Both the position numbers and the translations under genes were made by a program. A stretch of 64,000 bases of DNA from Amoebidium appalachense (lineage: Eukaryota; Protista; Ichthyosporea), in the NCBI GenBank assembly GCA_963693365.1, contig CAVNZM010000002.1, forward strand, positions 13,859,615 to 13,923,614. The letters are read 5' to 3'. Below the pieces are notes generated by a model. It saw only the letters and a list, made by a program, of their open reading frames with translations, did no database searches and was not told the DNA's origin. Below, piece by piece: positions 13,040 to 27,034 of the stretch (position 1 is its first letter; every line of letters begins with the position of its first letter).

Positions 13040-13400
13040 ACTCCGATTGGTCGAATGCGGTTTCGACCAGCGCTTCAAAATTAGCCTTATATGGTGTTAC
13101 TTTGGCAGATTCTCAAGATGGCCGCTTCCAAGCTAAAGCTCCAGTTGAAAGCCACAAATCCACTATTTTTGTGTCCCAATCTCGTTTTTTGGTTTAATTA
13201 AACGCACTCGCCATCAATTCCACAGGAAGAAGTGACTCGTCGGAACAATATAAACTAATACCGTCACGGCGCTCCCTAACACTATGCCATGCTTTTTTTA
13301 CCCAGCTCCAAAATCTTGCCAATCGTCTGTGAGCAAACATGTCCAACCAATGGAAACCTCGATTCGATCGAGGCGAGGCTCAATCTAGATTGGCTAAATG
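13040..13400. promoter_or_regulatory. Probable promoter of the T-box gene (CCAAT-box cluster)
   Basis: About five CCAAT/ATTGG boxes in repeat-free, CpG-containing DNA, upstream of a 5'UTR acceptor (ctaac...cag at ~11575). Confidence 0.4.
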
Positions 13401-14148
13401 CGCACCACCCGTTTGGTTCATGCTCCTGGTACGTGTGCCGTTTACGCAAGTTGTACAAAGTGCTGGAACTAAGAAGGCTGGGCATTGTGGGCAAGGGGCC
13501 GTGCACCGCCGCGACCCTTGACCGGCAGCCGGGGCCGCGTGACCCTGCCCTGCAGTCACGCGGCATCCGGTCGGCTTAGGTTTGCTGCCTCCAGGATCAG
13601 AGTTACGGCAAGAGCTTATTGAGTAATAACGACTGGAGAGTATACGTAGCTATAGAGAGGTGTGGAGGGGGCGGAAGATCTGGAGGGGGAGGGGGGAGGG
13701 GGAGGAGGGGGAGGGGGGCAGGGCCGTGGGTGGGGTGTGAGGGGAATATCGAAGTGATGGTCAGACGTGTGTGTGTGTGTGTGTGGATAATAAACGATTG
13801 CATCCAGCAGGTGCCCTATGTTGTCCCGATTCGTATCAGTCATGGTTCCGAGCTGTTTGCCATGCCGAAAAAAATTCGTACTTTTTTTTATAAATCTTTC
13901 ATCAAATCAGATTAATCATTACCGGGTATCTGCCCAAGGTAGACAGTGACTGTCACTACTACGAGATGCGGGCATGAGTTTATTATATATTAGCCTAATG
14001 AATTATCGGATAGATCACACACACACACAGGTATAAGTACATACACATATCTACTACACACATCAGAAACACTCACCATGAGCAAGTGTGATGATGATAT
14101 ACATGATCATGATGATGGTACACACTAAGCACACATACTATTGTAATT

Positions 14149-14220
<72 letters not shown>

Positions 14221-14308
14221 GATATAAAATATAATATGTGTACACAGCAGCGCACAAATTCAAAGACACACCGCACAACCTCAAACACGCAGTGCCACAC
14301 ACAACGTG

Positions 14309-14350
<42 letters not shown>

Positions 14351-14938
14351 ACACAAACATTCAGACACATACATACACACACACACAGAGAGAAATAGAG
14401 ACACGCACACACACACACATGTCAACACACACAACCATACACGCACGCACACGCACACGCACACACAAACGCCAAACACAAGCATGCGCGCACCCACCCA
14501 CCCACCCACCCAAACACATCATACACACACACATACACACACGCGTCGTACACGTGTGACACACGTGGCACACACCAGGATATCGATGGTTCTCAGGACG
14601 ATAGACAACTTACCCCTGATTGGACAAGCCAAGATCTGATTAGGAAATCAGGGGAGAACGTAAAGGAGCCGTCAGGCCCCTCTCGTTGGGGGGGAGAGCG
14701 AAAGGCCCACCATTGTTGGGTCCGGGCACACTTCTAATTAGGGTTATTATATCCTTTTGGTAAAGGTTTTATTTTGGTGAAATAATATTAACTATATGTT
14801 TAAGTTGTTTCACTTTACGGTGATCTCCCTATACTATGGGCTATCATCCTGTGAACCTTTGTCGTGCACACACGGGTACACTCATACTGTAACATACGTA
14901 CACACAAGACACACACACAAGCACACACACACACACAC

Positions 14939-14971
<33 letters not shown>

Positions 14972-15833
14972 GCGCGCGAATGAGTGCGCGCGCGCGAGCG
15001 CACGTGGCATGCGCGTGCCCACACACACGTACACACATGCACACACTGGCACGCACACGAACGAACCCTCCCCTCCACCCCCCCCCCTCCCCCCCACCCC
15101 CCCCCATCCCCACCTCTACTAGTGTTTAATTGGGCCTGCTCTCCATTGTCTCTACCCAAACAAATGTACATGTGCTTGCCCAGGGATATGTGTCTACATT
15201 GAAGCCTACAGGCGTGCACACATATGCATACCGGCAAAGTTCCCACTTTAGTACCCTATTCATGTGATCCATATGATGCGCAAAGCCTACTAGACGTGAT
15301 ACACAAAGTTAAAAAAAAAAGTGGGAACTTTGAAAATAGGGGCTAATTATCTTAACTTTTCAGGGACCATAGCCTAATTGATCTTAAATGTTTCCTGGGG
15401 GTGGGTTGTGTCCGCTGGGGGGGGGGGGGGGGGGGGGGGTTCAAAATAATATGTACTGTAGGCCGACTATAATACTTAGCCTGAGCTCAAGGGCAGTCAT
15501 CTCAACTTTGCAAGACTCCAAACAATGATCTTACACACAAACAAACTCCAATCAATGGTGGTTCCGTGGTTCCGTGGCAGCTAAGGGCACATGTGGCTTT
15601 CAAATTGCTTACATATCACGGCGGTCTGTGCACATAAGGCGCACTTGCCAACGTCTGTGTGTACGTGTGTGTGAGTGAGTGTGTGTGTGTGTGGGGGGGG
15701 GGGGGAGGGAGGGCAGGAGGGGGAGGGGGGGTGTGCGCGCGCGCGTGCGCGTGCGTGCGTGTGCATGAGTGTGGGTGTCTGTATATGTGTGTGTCTGCGC
15801 ACGTGCGCGTGTGTGTGTATATATGTGTGTGTG

Positions 15834-15990
15834 TATGTGTATGAATTTAGTCGATGTGTAATAGTGTGCGCACGTGTGTGTGTATATATGTGTCTGTGTA
15901 TGTGTATGAATTTAGTCGATGTGTAATAGTGTGTGCACGTGTGTGTGTATGTGTATGAATTTAGTCGATGTGTAATAGGGTGTGCACGTG
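15834..15990 (+). repeat. ~50-65 bp tandem repeat x3 within (GT)n
   Basis: tatgtgtatgaatttagtcgatgtgtaata occurs three times. Confidence 0.85.
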
Positions 15991-16356
15991 TGCGCTTGCA
16001 CGAATGCGTTTGTGTGTGTGTGTCTGGGCATGCTTGAGCTTGTGTGTGGTGTGTGAGTATGATGCTATATACACATCTCTCTCTCTCTCTCCCCCCCCCC
16101 CCCCCCCCTCTTTCTCTCCCCCTCTCTCTTTCTCTCTCTTGAGATCTCCCTGTCCCCCCCCCCCCCCCCCCAACTCCCCACCCCTATCTCTCCCTGCGCG
16201 CGCGCGCGTGTGTGTGTGCGTGTGCGTGCGTGCATGTGTGTGTGTGTGTTTGTATGTGTGTCTGTGCGTGTGCGTATGTGTGACGTGTGTGTGTGTTTGT
16301 GTTTGTGTGTGTGTGTGCGTACGTGTGACGTGTGTGTGTGTGTGTGTGCGTGTGAA

Positions 16357-16432
<76 letters not shown>

Positions 16433-16674
16433 TGTTTGTGCATTATGATACTAATGTGCGTGCCTGTGCTTGAGTCGACGCTTGTGTGTCCAAACCGATC
16501 TGTTCGTCCATGAGTTGCACTCAGTCTGTGTGCACACAAGCAACATGTTCTTGTGCACACACCTCACTTAAATATGTGCCCATTGCATGTAGAAGGTCTT
16601 TGACTTTCGCTTGCATCGGAAAGTCACTAAATATCGAAAAAACTCCGCACCTCCCTCCCCACATTGTTTTTTTT

Positions 16675-16729
<55 letters not shown>

Positions 16730-16900
16730 ATGGCTAGTGCCGGACACTGTAAGCATGTAGCCTGGCCTTTCAAGATGGATACAAAGCATAAAGCCTGCCA
16801 TTACCGACTCTGTGTCCAATGTGTATAATAGTGACCAATTTCAGTCCATTGGTGGTGGGTTCGTGGATGGGTTCCTTGGGGCCTTCGGGTTGGGGGGGAG

Positions 16901-16940
<40 letters not shown>

Positions 16941-17344
16941 ATGTGTGTGTATGTGTGTATGGGGGGGGGGGGGGGGGGGGGGGGAGGGGGGTAGGTGCAT
17001 GTGGGTATAGGCCGGGAGGAGGGGGGCGCGGGGGGAGGGGGGGGGGGGGGAGGCTCCTTCATATATGGATGGTGGGTCCCTCCCCCCACCCCCCACGCCC
17101 CCAAAACCCCCCTCAGAGTTAAAACAGTTGGTTGTTTGAATCCCCCCCCCCCCCCCCCCCCCCACCCACCCCCACCCTTCAACTCCTACCCTCCTCCCCC
17201 CCCCCCTTCCCCCCCATTGGAACACTCATTAGTTAGAGGTGAAGACAACCAGGGTGGTGACAGTGGTGTAGCTTTAGCAATGTATTTCCTTTTTCACTAG
17301 CCGACAAAACATTGGGGCTATTATAGCTTGCCCCTTGTTTTGCG

Positions 17345-17423
17345 CAAAGATAAGAAATATGCGATGTTCCCATGATACGATGTTGCACAGCTCTACCTAA
17401 TGCACATTCCACGCATGCGACAG

Positions 17424-17466
<43 letters not shown>

Positions 17467-17813
17467 ACCAAAAAAAAAAAAAAAAAAAAAAACCTACATT
17501 AACAGAGGCTAACCGAAAACAAACTTAATAAAAACAACAAATATGAAACAAAAGAAATGCAACCAATACGAGAATGGAAAACCACGTAGCCTAAAACGAC
17601 CAAGGCCGTTACGTCGTGACCAGAGTTGTGGCCTTCACCTGACTAACTAGTTTACATACCTTCATGCATCCCCCGTCTCTGCTACAGTACTTGATTTCGT
17701 TTTCTCGCGGCAGCGCTCCGCGTCATCTGATTGGTTCATGGCCGTGTACACTTGGCCCGCAGCTGCCCATTCGTCGGCGTACTCGAGGTAACTGTTAAGC
17801 AGTGTTAGGGTTA
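17345..17813 (-). mobile_element. Dispersed non-coding repeat, copy 1 (copy 2 at 56985-57405)
   Basis: The reverse complement shares gcttaacagttacctcgagtacgccgacgaatgggcagctgc and ~400 bp of collinear weaker homology with 56985-57405. Confidence 0.8.
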
Positions 17814-17931
17814 ATCTTGATTAAACTGTTAAGCAGTGTTTGGGTTAATCTCGAGGTAACTGTTAATCATGGTCAGGGTTATTCTCGAGGTGAATAACTG
17901 TAAAGACCGAAAACTAATGCTCGAGGTAACC
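17782..17931 (+). repeat. ~31-41 bp degenerate tandem repeat (ctcgaggtaactgttaagcagtgttagggttaat) x4-5
   Basis: ctcgagg, actgttaa and gggtta units repeat at the end of the dispersed element. Confidence 0.75.
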
Positions 17932-19304
17932 TTTTTCGTATGTGTATAGCTCTATTTTTAAAAGAAACCAGGCCATGAATTCATGCTTCCCATGGTGCAA
18001 TGTATAATAACTAATGGGTGGATTGGTGGCTTGTGTGGGCCTATTTATCTACACATGTGCAATGTAAAAGATGTAGAGAGAGAGCGTCAGAGCAACGTAG
18101 CATACACGTTTGCGACAAAAAAAAGCAACACAGTTGAGTAGGTTTGATTGGAATGTGCTTTCCAAGGAAGCCAGGAGCCTTCCCCCCCCCCCCCCCCCTC
18201 CCCTGTCTGTGCCCAACTCACATACCACCTGCTCTCCCTCTATTTCCATGCTGACCCCCCCCCCCCCCCCCCCCCCCCCCCCGGCCCCTGGCGCCTCTCT
18301 CCCCTTATGTCCCTCCCGTGCGCATGTGTTTTTGCATGAGTGCGTGCGTGTTGATGGGTCGGCTGTGTGTGAGCGTATTCGAGTGTGTGTGTGTGTTTGT
18401 CATCAAAATAAGGGTTGGTAGTGAAGATAAAAAAACGGCAAGGAGGGGAGGGGAGGGGGGGGGGGGGGGAGGGAGGGGATGAAGTAGCCACATGGGAGAT
18501 AGGATTAGATCTACTACAATTTATTTAAGGCAGCTGCTGCTTACTAACAATACATATAGCGTTTGAAGCAGTAACCGACTTAAAGTGCAACTTCTACCGT
18601 GCAGCCATCAGCCAATCCGCAGCCATTGCCGCATGGTGGGCAGCCATTTTCATGTGGGGGTGGCGGGCAGTGAGTGTGGGCTGCTGCAGTGCCAGCTGGC
18701 TGTGGTGCTGCCCCAGTGCTCGGTTTGCTGCTTGAGTGGCCCCGGCCCGCTGGTAGCACTGGGCAGCCAATAGTAACAGCCCGATGGACATTAGACTGCC
18801 GGCACGTTCGGACCACTCGGCTGCTGTGCTAGGTCGGCCAAATATTTGCCCGGATGTGACATCCTCATCGCTCCCTATGGGGATAATATCATGGGCGGAT
18901 CAGTGAGAAGAACACAACCAAGGAATAAAAGGTATGTAAAAATAGTATTGTCTGGTTGTGTTCACGCAAGTTTTTTGCGTTTTAACGCTGATGTGAAAAG
19001 TAAGAAAGCGCAAAACACCAAGGAGCAACGAGTGCCTGCTGGCAAAAGCCTAATCTACAACCAAATTTGCACATGCTTCTCTTGATGTGCATCATACACC
19101 CATATCTAACAGCATACGTTCCCCCCCCTCATTATGAGCATAGTTTCCATCCCCCCCCCCCCCCCCCCCCCCTCTCCCGTTCTTGTGAGCATACTTCTCC
19201 CCCCCCCCCCCCCCCCCCCCCCACCACCACCCCAACCCCCACATACACACACCCAATTCCTTTTTTCTTCCTTTTTTTACCCGATTTTCCCCAAGCACAC
19301 CTAC

Positions 19305-19728
19305 CATTTTGTGTTTGTGCATCAAGCACACTGAACATATCAGCCAGGCCCAGGTGTGACAGAAACAGAAACCGCGCCGCCCTTCTATCCGCATTACTCT
19401 CATAGACCACCAGCCTACGACGTGCCCTAGTCACGGCAACATAAAAATGCTTGAGTTCGCTGCACAAACCTCCATGCACTCTTTCGTCAAAGGTTAAAGG
19501 TCGTGGCCATGTGCGTTCCTCCCCTAAGGTTGCTAAGCGGGGTGTAGTGTCACGGAGGTATTGGGTTAAGAGTCGCCATTCGGAGTCGCAGTCACTGTCT
19601 GTGCAAAAGTCCCACAGTACAACGTCGGCAAATTCCAGCCCCTTTGCCTCGCATACAGTCAGCACTAGGGCACCCCCCAGCCAAGACGGAAGCTGCTGTC
19701 TGGATTGGTCCGTGCGTACAAGGACAAC
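19305..19728 (-). CDS. TRANK1-like exon with helicase motifs V/VI
   Basis: LVLTVCEAKGLEFADVVLWDF ... LCSELKHFYVAVTRARRRL; clean splice sites. Confidence 0.88.
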
Positions 19729-20017
19729 CTGCGGGGGGGTGTGGGGGAGGGGGGGAGTGATGGTGAGAGAAATGAAGTGATGGGGGGGATGCATGCTTAT
19801 TGACGAGGCATATTTCATTTCGAAATTTGGGAGCAGGCAAAAGGGGAGAGGACAAGCAGTCCCGGGGGGGGGGGGGAGGGAGAGGGAGGGGATGGGGAGG
19901 GAAAACGAGTTAAAAGCAAGGCCTGAGAGTATATTTGGATGAAAGAAACACATCATTTTGACAAGTTGGATGCTTGGTGGTGGTGTATGTGAGGGATGTG
20001 TGAGGGAGAAGGGGAGG

Positions 20018-20336
<319 letters not shown>

Positions 20337-22022
20337 GAGGAGGAGGAGGGGGGGGGGAGGCGTGTGTGTTGAGGAGTGCAAGCAACACGCACCTGGTCTG
20401 CGCCAAACTCGACAATGAGTGTGGGGGAGCCTGGGCTGGTGCCAGCCAGCAGCACACAGAGGTCATCCACACTGGTGCCTGCAAGCAGCTGCGGCTGTGG
20501 CCCCTCAAAGTGGCCCATCTCCCTGCCGGGTTAAGGTCAGCACTGATATGGTGGTAGATTGGGTGGAATAGCGCACTGAAACAGGTATTGCATTACTGAC
20601 AGTCAAACAAGATGGAAAAGAAGAAACAAAATGAGTGCATGAAAGCAACCACACAAAAGAACTGCAACTTGCGCAGCTGTCTGAACCACAGCCACGAACA
20701 AATAATAAGAACCAAGCACCGCCTGGCTGCATATAAATCAAAACCGGCATACAATCATAAAACTTTCCAGGTGCCAGGTTATGGAAAAAAAAAACCCCTT
20801 GTGAAAATGCGTACAGATATACGTTGCTTTAAGTTATTGCCCCATTCATAGTCAGGCACTACTCCATAGATATTTATACCTGGCTACATACTTGTCTAGA
20901 GAATGCTCTACATATTGTTGCACATGCACCACGTGGTTTCACATGAGCCATATATAGTTACACATGGCTCCATAAATGGTCAAACATTGCTCCATACATC
21001 TATACACATGAACCATATATATATATATATACACCATTGCTCCAATCAATAGCCACTCACCTCGGCAGCTTGTCAATAGCCGTAGGAAAGTAGTGAGCCA
21101 GCAGGTCCACAATAGCGTTTGCACAGCGCAGGATCCCATTGTGTGTGCGGTAGTTAACCCCCAGAGTGCTGATCTCAGGCACACGCACAGTCCCACCACT
21201 ACCCCTACTGGATGCCCCCACCACACTTTCCGTCTTACAATCTACGTCCACACTTAGTTCCGGCTTATCTTCCAGGTTATCATTCTCCCGAACGGCATTC
21301 TCATCTCGGCTCAGCCAATCATCCAGGGTTTCAGCCATGGTGAGCCCACAGGCCAGTGCTCGGCTGCACCATTCCAGAACCTTCTCCCGTGTTCCATCGG
21401 TGGTCTGGGCCAATACATTGGTCACCGCATTAAGAGCCTCGCCTACTTGTTGGTTGTGGTTAGAGGTGTTAAAGCTGTGCATGTCGTGGATTTGCACCAA
21501 TCGGATGGGCGAGTGGCGTATACGTGCGTCGGATTCCTCCAACGATTCGGTCTTGGATTGCAAATGGGCAAATCGATCGCAGATGTCTCTTGCTTCTTTT
21601 AGTAGTGACGTGGTAGGTGGATGTTGGGTCTCGTCTGCAGGGTCTTTGCTGCAATATTCCGGCAGTGGTTTGGGGTCGGTGGTGTGGGCGTCTGGTTCTG
21701 GTAGCTGGGCCTGAGAAGTGCTACCGAAGAGATGGATTATACTCCTGTGGATGGGTGGGTACCCACATAGTCAGGAAACACCTATTGCACACAAAAACCA
21801 TAATACACATGCAGACCATGAGCCGCACACTCTTTCCTAACTATGGGCGTAAATAACACAAATCTCAAAAAGAGACACCAGGCCTTCCGTCAAAGACAAG
21901 CAACGACGTGTCTCCTCTACCTAAACTCACATACAGTATCCACACAGCCACACACACACACACACACACACGCAGGCACGCAGGCACACAGGCACGAGAG
22001 CACGCGCACACACACACGCACG

Positions 22023-22069
<47 letters not shown>

Positions 22070-22075
22070 ACACAC

Positions 22076-22131
<56 letters not shown>

Positions 22132-22959
22132 CCCACCCACACCCACCCACCCAACCACCCACCCAACCAACCACCCACCCACCCACCCATCCCCCCCTCC
22201 TCCACCCACCCACCCACCCTCACCCTCACCTTCAGCCACAACCACACCCACACCCACACCCACACGCACACCTCAAGTCCTGGAAGCGAAAGCTCACACC
22301 AGGAGCAATAGTCTGTGCCGTGTCACCCGCAAGCAGGAGAGTTTGTCAGCAGCCACAGCAAGGAGCAGCCTCAGCTTAGCCCCTGTCAAGTCCTGCACCT
22401 CATCCACACTAATGCTGTGCAGTTGTGGCCCAGTATACCCCGTGGCTGAAATTTGGCCCCGCAGGTGCCCAACCACGTCCAGCATGTCATATGCCCCAGC
22501 TTTGACCTTCAGCCCCTCGTAGCGCTGCCGTGCAACAAATGGGATGAGTGGTTTTTTTTTAACATTATTAATCAAACCCCCCCCCCCCTCCCCCCTCCCC
22601 CCCATCCTCCCTCTTCCTCTCTCCCTCCCCCTTCTCTCTCCCCCCACCCCTCCCCCTCCCCCTCTTCTTTCCTTTGCTTGGCAGCCTTGTTGCCTGTTAG
22701 CCCACTGTTCCAAATCCTCCCCCCTCCCTCCCCCCCTCCCCCTCCCCTCCCCCCCCCCCCTCCCCCCCCCCCCCTCCCCCCTTTCTTTTTTTTTTTTTCT
22801 CTTCGGCAGTGCCCACCTGAAGCTAACCTGGTGGGCCCTCCTCCTGTCTCATCCACACAAATCGAGAACTGACCTACCCATGCATTTGCAGCATACACGG
22901 AAACAAGAATTCGCGCCCCACACACTTAAGGCTGATGGGTTGGAAGAAGGGGCGGCGGT

Positions 22960-22991
<32 letters not shown>

Positions 22992-23026
22992 AGGGGGGGA
23001 GGGGGGAAGATGTTTTTTTTTTTTTT

Positions 23027-23057
<31 letters not shown>

Positions 23058-23460
23058 GGAAGGGCTAAAGAACGCATTCAGTTGCAATCTCCTACCTCGT
23101 ACAAGGTGTAAACGAGGGCACGGCCTTGCAAGTCAAAGGCAGGAGCCATCTTCCTTGGCAGCTGCTCGTAGGCCTCTCGGCTGAGCCGCCAGCGGGGGTG
23201 TGACAGGCTGCACGGAAACACAAACATGTATGGTGGTATTAGGGGGTTAGGAAGTTGGGGTGATTGAAACAAACCGACACTTCACCAGTTCATCCTTCTA
23301 ACCCCCCCCCCCCCCCCCCCCTCCCTTTTACCAAAGAAAACATTGCACGGCCAGACACACACACACACGTACACGAGTACGCTGGCAAGATACAAGCACG
23401 AACACACACGTGAAGGCACGTGTGCACACATGAACGCATGCATGCACACACACATGCACG

Positions 23461-23519
<59 letters not shown>

Positions 23520-24242
23520 GCACGCGTGTGCACACACGCACACATGATTCTCACGCCATGCAATGAACTCTCTCACCACTTCGCCCTTTTCTCTGTGTTC
23601 ACCATTACCTGAGCACAACACTCACAATCATTTAAACACAATTTTCACACTCATACATTCCATCTGCCGAATCCAACCCATCCACCCACACCCCTACACC
23701 ACACACACACACCTATGCATGGAGCCCTTGAAAAAGCTGCATATCTCCAGCCACACAGCCGCAGGCGACAACTTTGCCGCCGCCTTGATTCCAGCCACCA
23801 CACAAGGCCACAGATGAGCCACAAAAAAACGTGAACCCACACAGCCTCCAAGGTGCCTTTGCACCCAAACCTTCCTCCTCTCCGTCGCTTTCAGTTTCGG
23901 CAGGCGGCAACATTCCATTGCCGTCGGCCAACCAATCAGAAACCATCTCCTTGCCTGTCGGTTGGCCAATGGGATCGCGGGAAAAGAAGGGCCTGGTTAC
24001 GGTGCTGTCCAGTAGTAGCAGCCACTCACGTGACGTCATGAAAAGAGGCCATGCCCCCTCCGGGACATCGGTCAGGGACGTGGGAAGAGCATCGGGCGAA
24101 GGTTTGAACCCACTGAGGGGCATATATCCGGCCTGATGCATCCGGAAAGCGCGCTAAACCTGCGTAGAGTACGTGTGGATGGTGTGTGTGTGTGTGTGTG
24201 GGGGGGGGGGGGGGCAGAGTGAGTGAGTGAGTGAGTGAGTGA

Positions 24243-24306
<64 letters not shown>

Positions 24307-24590
24307 GCATGTGCGTGCGTGCGTGCGTGTGTGTGCGCGAGTGAGTGAGTGTGTGTGTGCGTGTGTGGGTGTGCTCTTTTTGTGTGTTTGAGTGAGTGAG
24401 AGAGAGAGAGAGAGACAGAGAGAGAGAGACAGAGAGAGAGAGAGTCTGTGTGTGTGAGAGCTTGAAAATCACGATTAGCTCTTAGCATATCAGCACACGA
24501 GTCATGTTCTTACACAAAGAAAGCTCATCTGGGCGTGTCGTTCAAGTGCCTAACAATAATACTTGTGTAAATGTGTACCTGAGGGGAGGT

Positions 24591-24629
<39 letters not shown>

Positions 24630-25389
24630 GGGGGGGAGGGGGGGTGGGGAGGGGAGAAAGAGGCTAAAGACCCAGAGAATACAGAAGCTAAAAACAAAAG
24701 TCCTCTTTGAACGGTATTCAGCGTGCATTGAACCATATGCGGAGGGGAGGAGAGGGGGGCTCATATTTGTTCCAGAGCGCAAAGTACGCATTCACAACAG
24801 AAAATATCATTCAGATTTAATAAACACGAATACACACAAAGAGAAAGCATTGTGAATGGGATTGTCCGTGTATGGAACATCGTGCACACAGTACCTGGTC
24901 ACGCAGCACACTGCTCCGTGTGACAAACATCTAGTGCAGGTGGCTGCTACCATACAGGGGCACTGCAGCCCGGTCGTGGTATGCCCTGTATTGCGCCCAC
25001 AGCCGCTGCACCACAACAGTCGTCTTGCCGGTGCCCGACCTCCCAAGAAGAAGGATGGAGGAGGGGGGATCGGGTGTCATGCTGACTAGGAGATGTTCGA
25101 GCTGTAAAGAAAAACGCGTGCGGGGGCGGGGCGGGGCGGGGGGGGGGGGGGGGGGGGGGGGGGGAGGGAGGAGAAGAGGGGGAGGGGAGAGAGAGAGAGA
25201 GGGGAGTGAGAGGAGTGAGAGAAAGGGGGATGGGGAGAGAGGGGGGAGAAGGGGGAAGGGAGGGGGGAGGGGGAGGGGGAGGGAGGGGGGGAGTGAGCGA
25301 GAAAGAGAGATAGGCAGCACGGGTACGGGGGAGGGAAAGGGGAAGGGGGGGGGGGGGAGAAGGAGGACGGATGGGGTTAGTGTGTGTGT

Positions 25390-25420
<31 letters not shown>

Positions 25421-25596
25421 GGGGGGGGGGGAGGGGGGGAGCGGGGGGGGGGCGGGCTTTAGGGCGAGAGATGGAGGTCGTCGACTCACGAAAACACAAC
25501 CACCCAAACACCAAGTGAGAATAAAAATCAAGCATATGACAATGCATAACCCAGACGGTGATGTTTTGCCAAAAACCAGTCACAAAGTTAATGGAC

Positions 25597-25640
<44 letters not shown>

Positions 25641-26656
25641 TGGTGGTGGTGGGGGGGGGGGGGGGGGGGGGGGGAAGAGCCACCATGTGAAAGGGTATTA
25701 TGTGTAAGTGTGTGTGTATATGGAAGAAGGAGGGGGGGGAGCGGGGGGAGGGAGGGAGGGACAAGGGAGATGGGCTTTCACCTCGTCTGTAACAAAGGGG
25801 AACTCTGCAGCATCCTCTAGCACCTGGCCAATTAGATTGCTCCTTAGCATGGATCGCAGCATTTCATTGGTCAGTGCATAGAACTTCATCACCGTGTATG
25901 CCTCGGTGCTGCCCGATGCCGCCGGTGGGAAGTGCATGATGGTGTCTTGGGTAGGGGTGGGGGCTGACGTGGTGGTTGGGGGCTGGGTGTCTGCAGGCAC
26001 ATACAGGCGGGGGGAGCACTGCGGATACAGAGGGTGTAAACTATACCAGTATGGCTTCGTAAAGGAAAACCATAACAGTATACAAAAGTTAAACAAAGCC
26101 ACATCAGTACACAGTCTTATAACAAAACCACATATACACACAACAATAGAATAAATGCATTTGTGTGTGTGTGCATGTGTGTGTGTTTACTTTTGCACGC
26201 ACCCACGTGGTCGTATTTATGTACGTATGTGTGTCCCTGTGTCTTGCTGTGTGTGTCCTACTTTGTCTGCAAACCTGCAAGTAATTTTACCTCTAATGAG
26301 CATGCACCAACGTGGATGTGTTGCCTGTGCTGTTATTTCTTCGCTTTTCTTCCTTCGAGTATTTTATAAAGGCAGGATGCTACTTACGATTTCCTGCCAT
26401 TCCGACTCCCACAGCACGGTGCAAACACCAAGGCGCTCCGCCAACTCATCCACTGTTTGCACATCCAACAGCCAATAGCAGCCGGCCGATGGAGCACGTG
26501 ACTTGTAGACGGAATGCATCTCACTGAGTGCAAGGTGTCTACGGGTGTCCGTTGACTCTTGCTACGTGAGAAAGTCAAAATCAGCCAGGACTCCGGAGTA
26601 CAGAAGGGTAAAGGTTGGCATGCCCCCCCTCTCCCCCTCTCTCTCCCCCCCCCCCC

Positions 26657-26687
<31 letters not shown>

Positions 26688-26833
26688 ACACGCCCCAAAC
26701 AGGGGGGGGGGGGGGGGAGGGGAGTGGGGGGTGGGGGGAAGGGGGGGCACATATAATGATGGAGTGCAGGAGGAGGAGGGACTCACTATCAAAAAATGTT
26801 GTGTGGTATGTCACACTTCTCCCTTCTCCCCCG

Positions 26834-26875
<42 letters not shown>

Positions 26876-26885
26876 CACACGCACG

Positions 26886-26926
<41 letters not shown>

Positions 26927-26998
26927 GCACACATGCACGCATGCACGCACACACTTACGCACGCACGAACAAACAAAAAAAACAAAAACAGAAATAGC

Positions 26999-27034
<36 letters not shown>

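Noticed and set aside
13114-13126. YY1-like motif CAAGATGGCCGC
   Set aside because: A single occurrence with no support that the factor exists in this organism.
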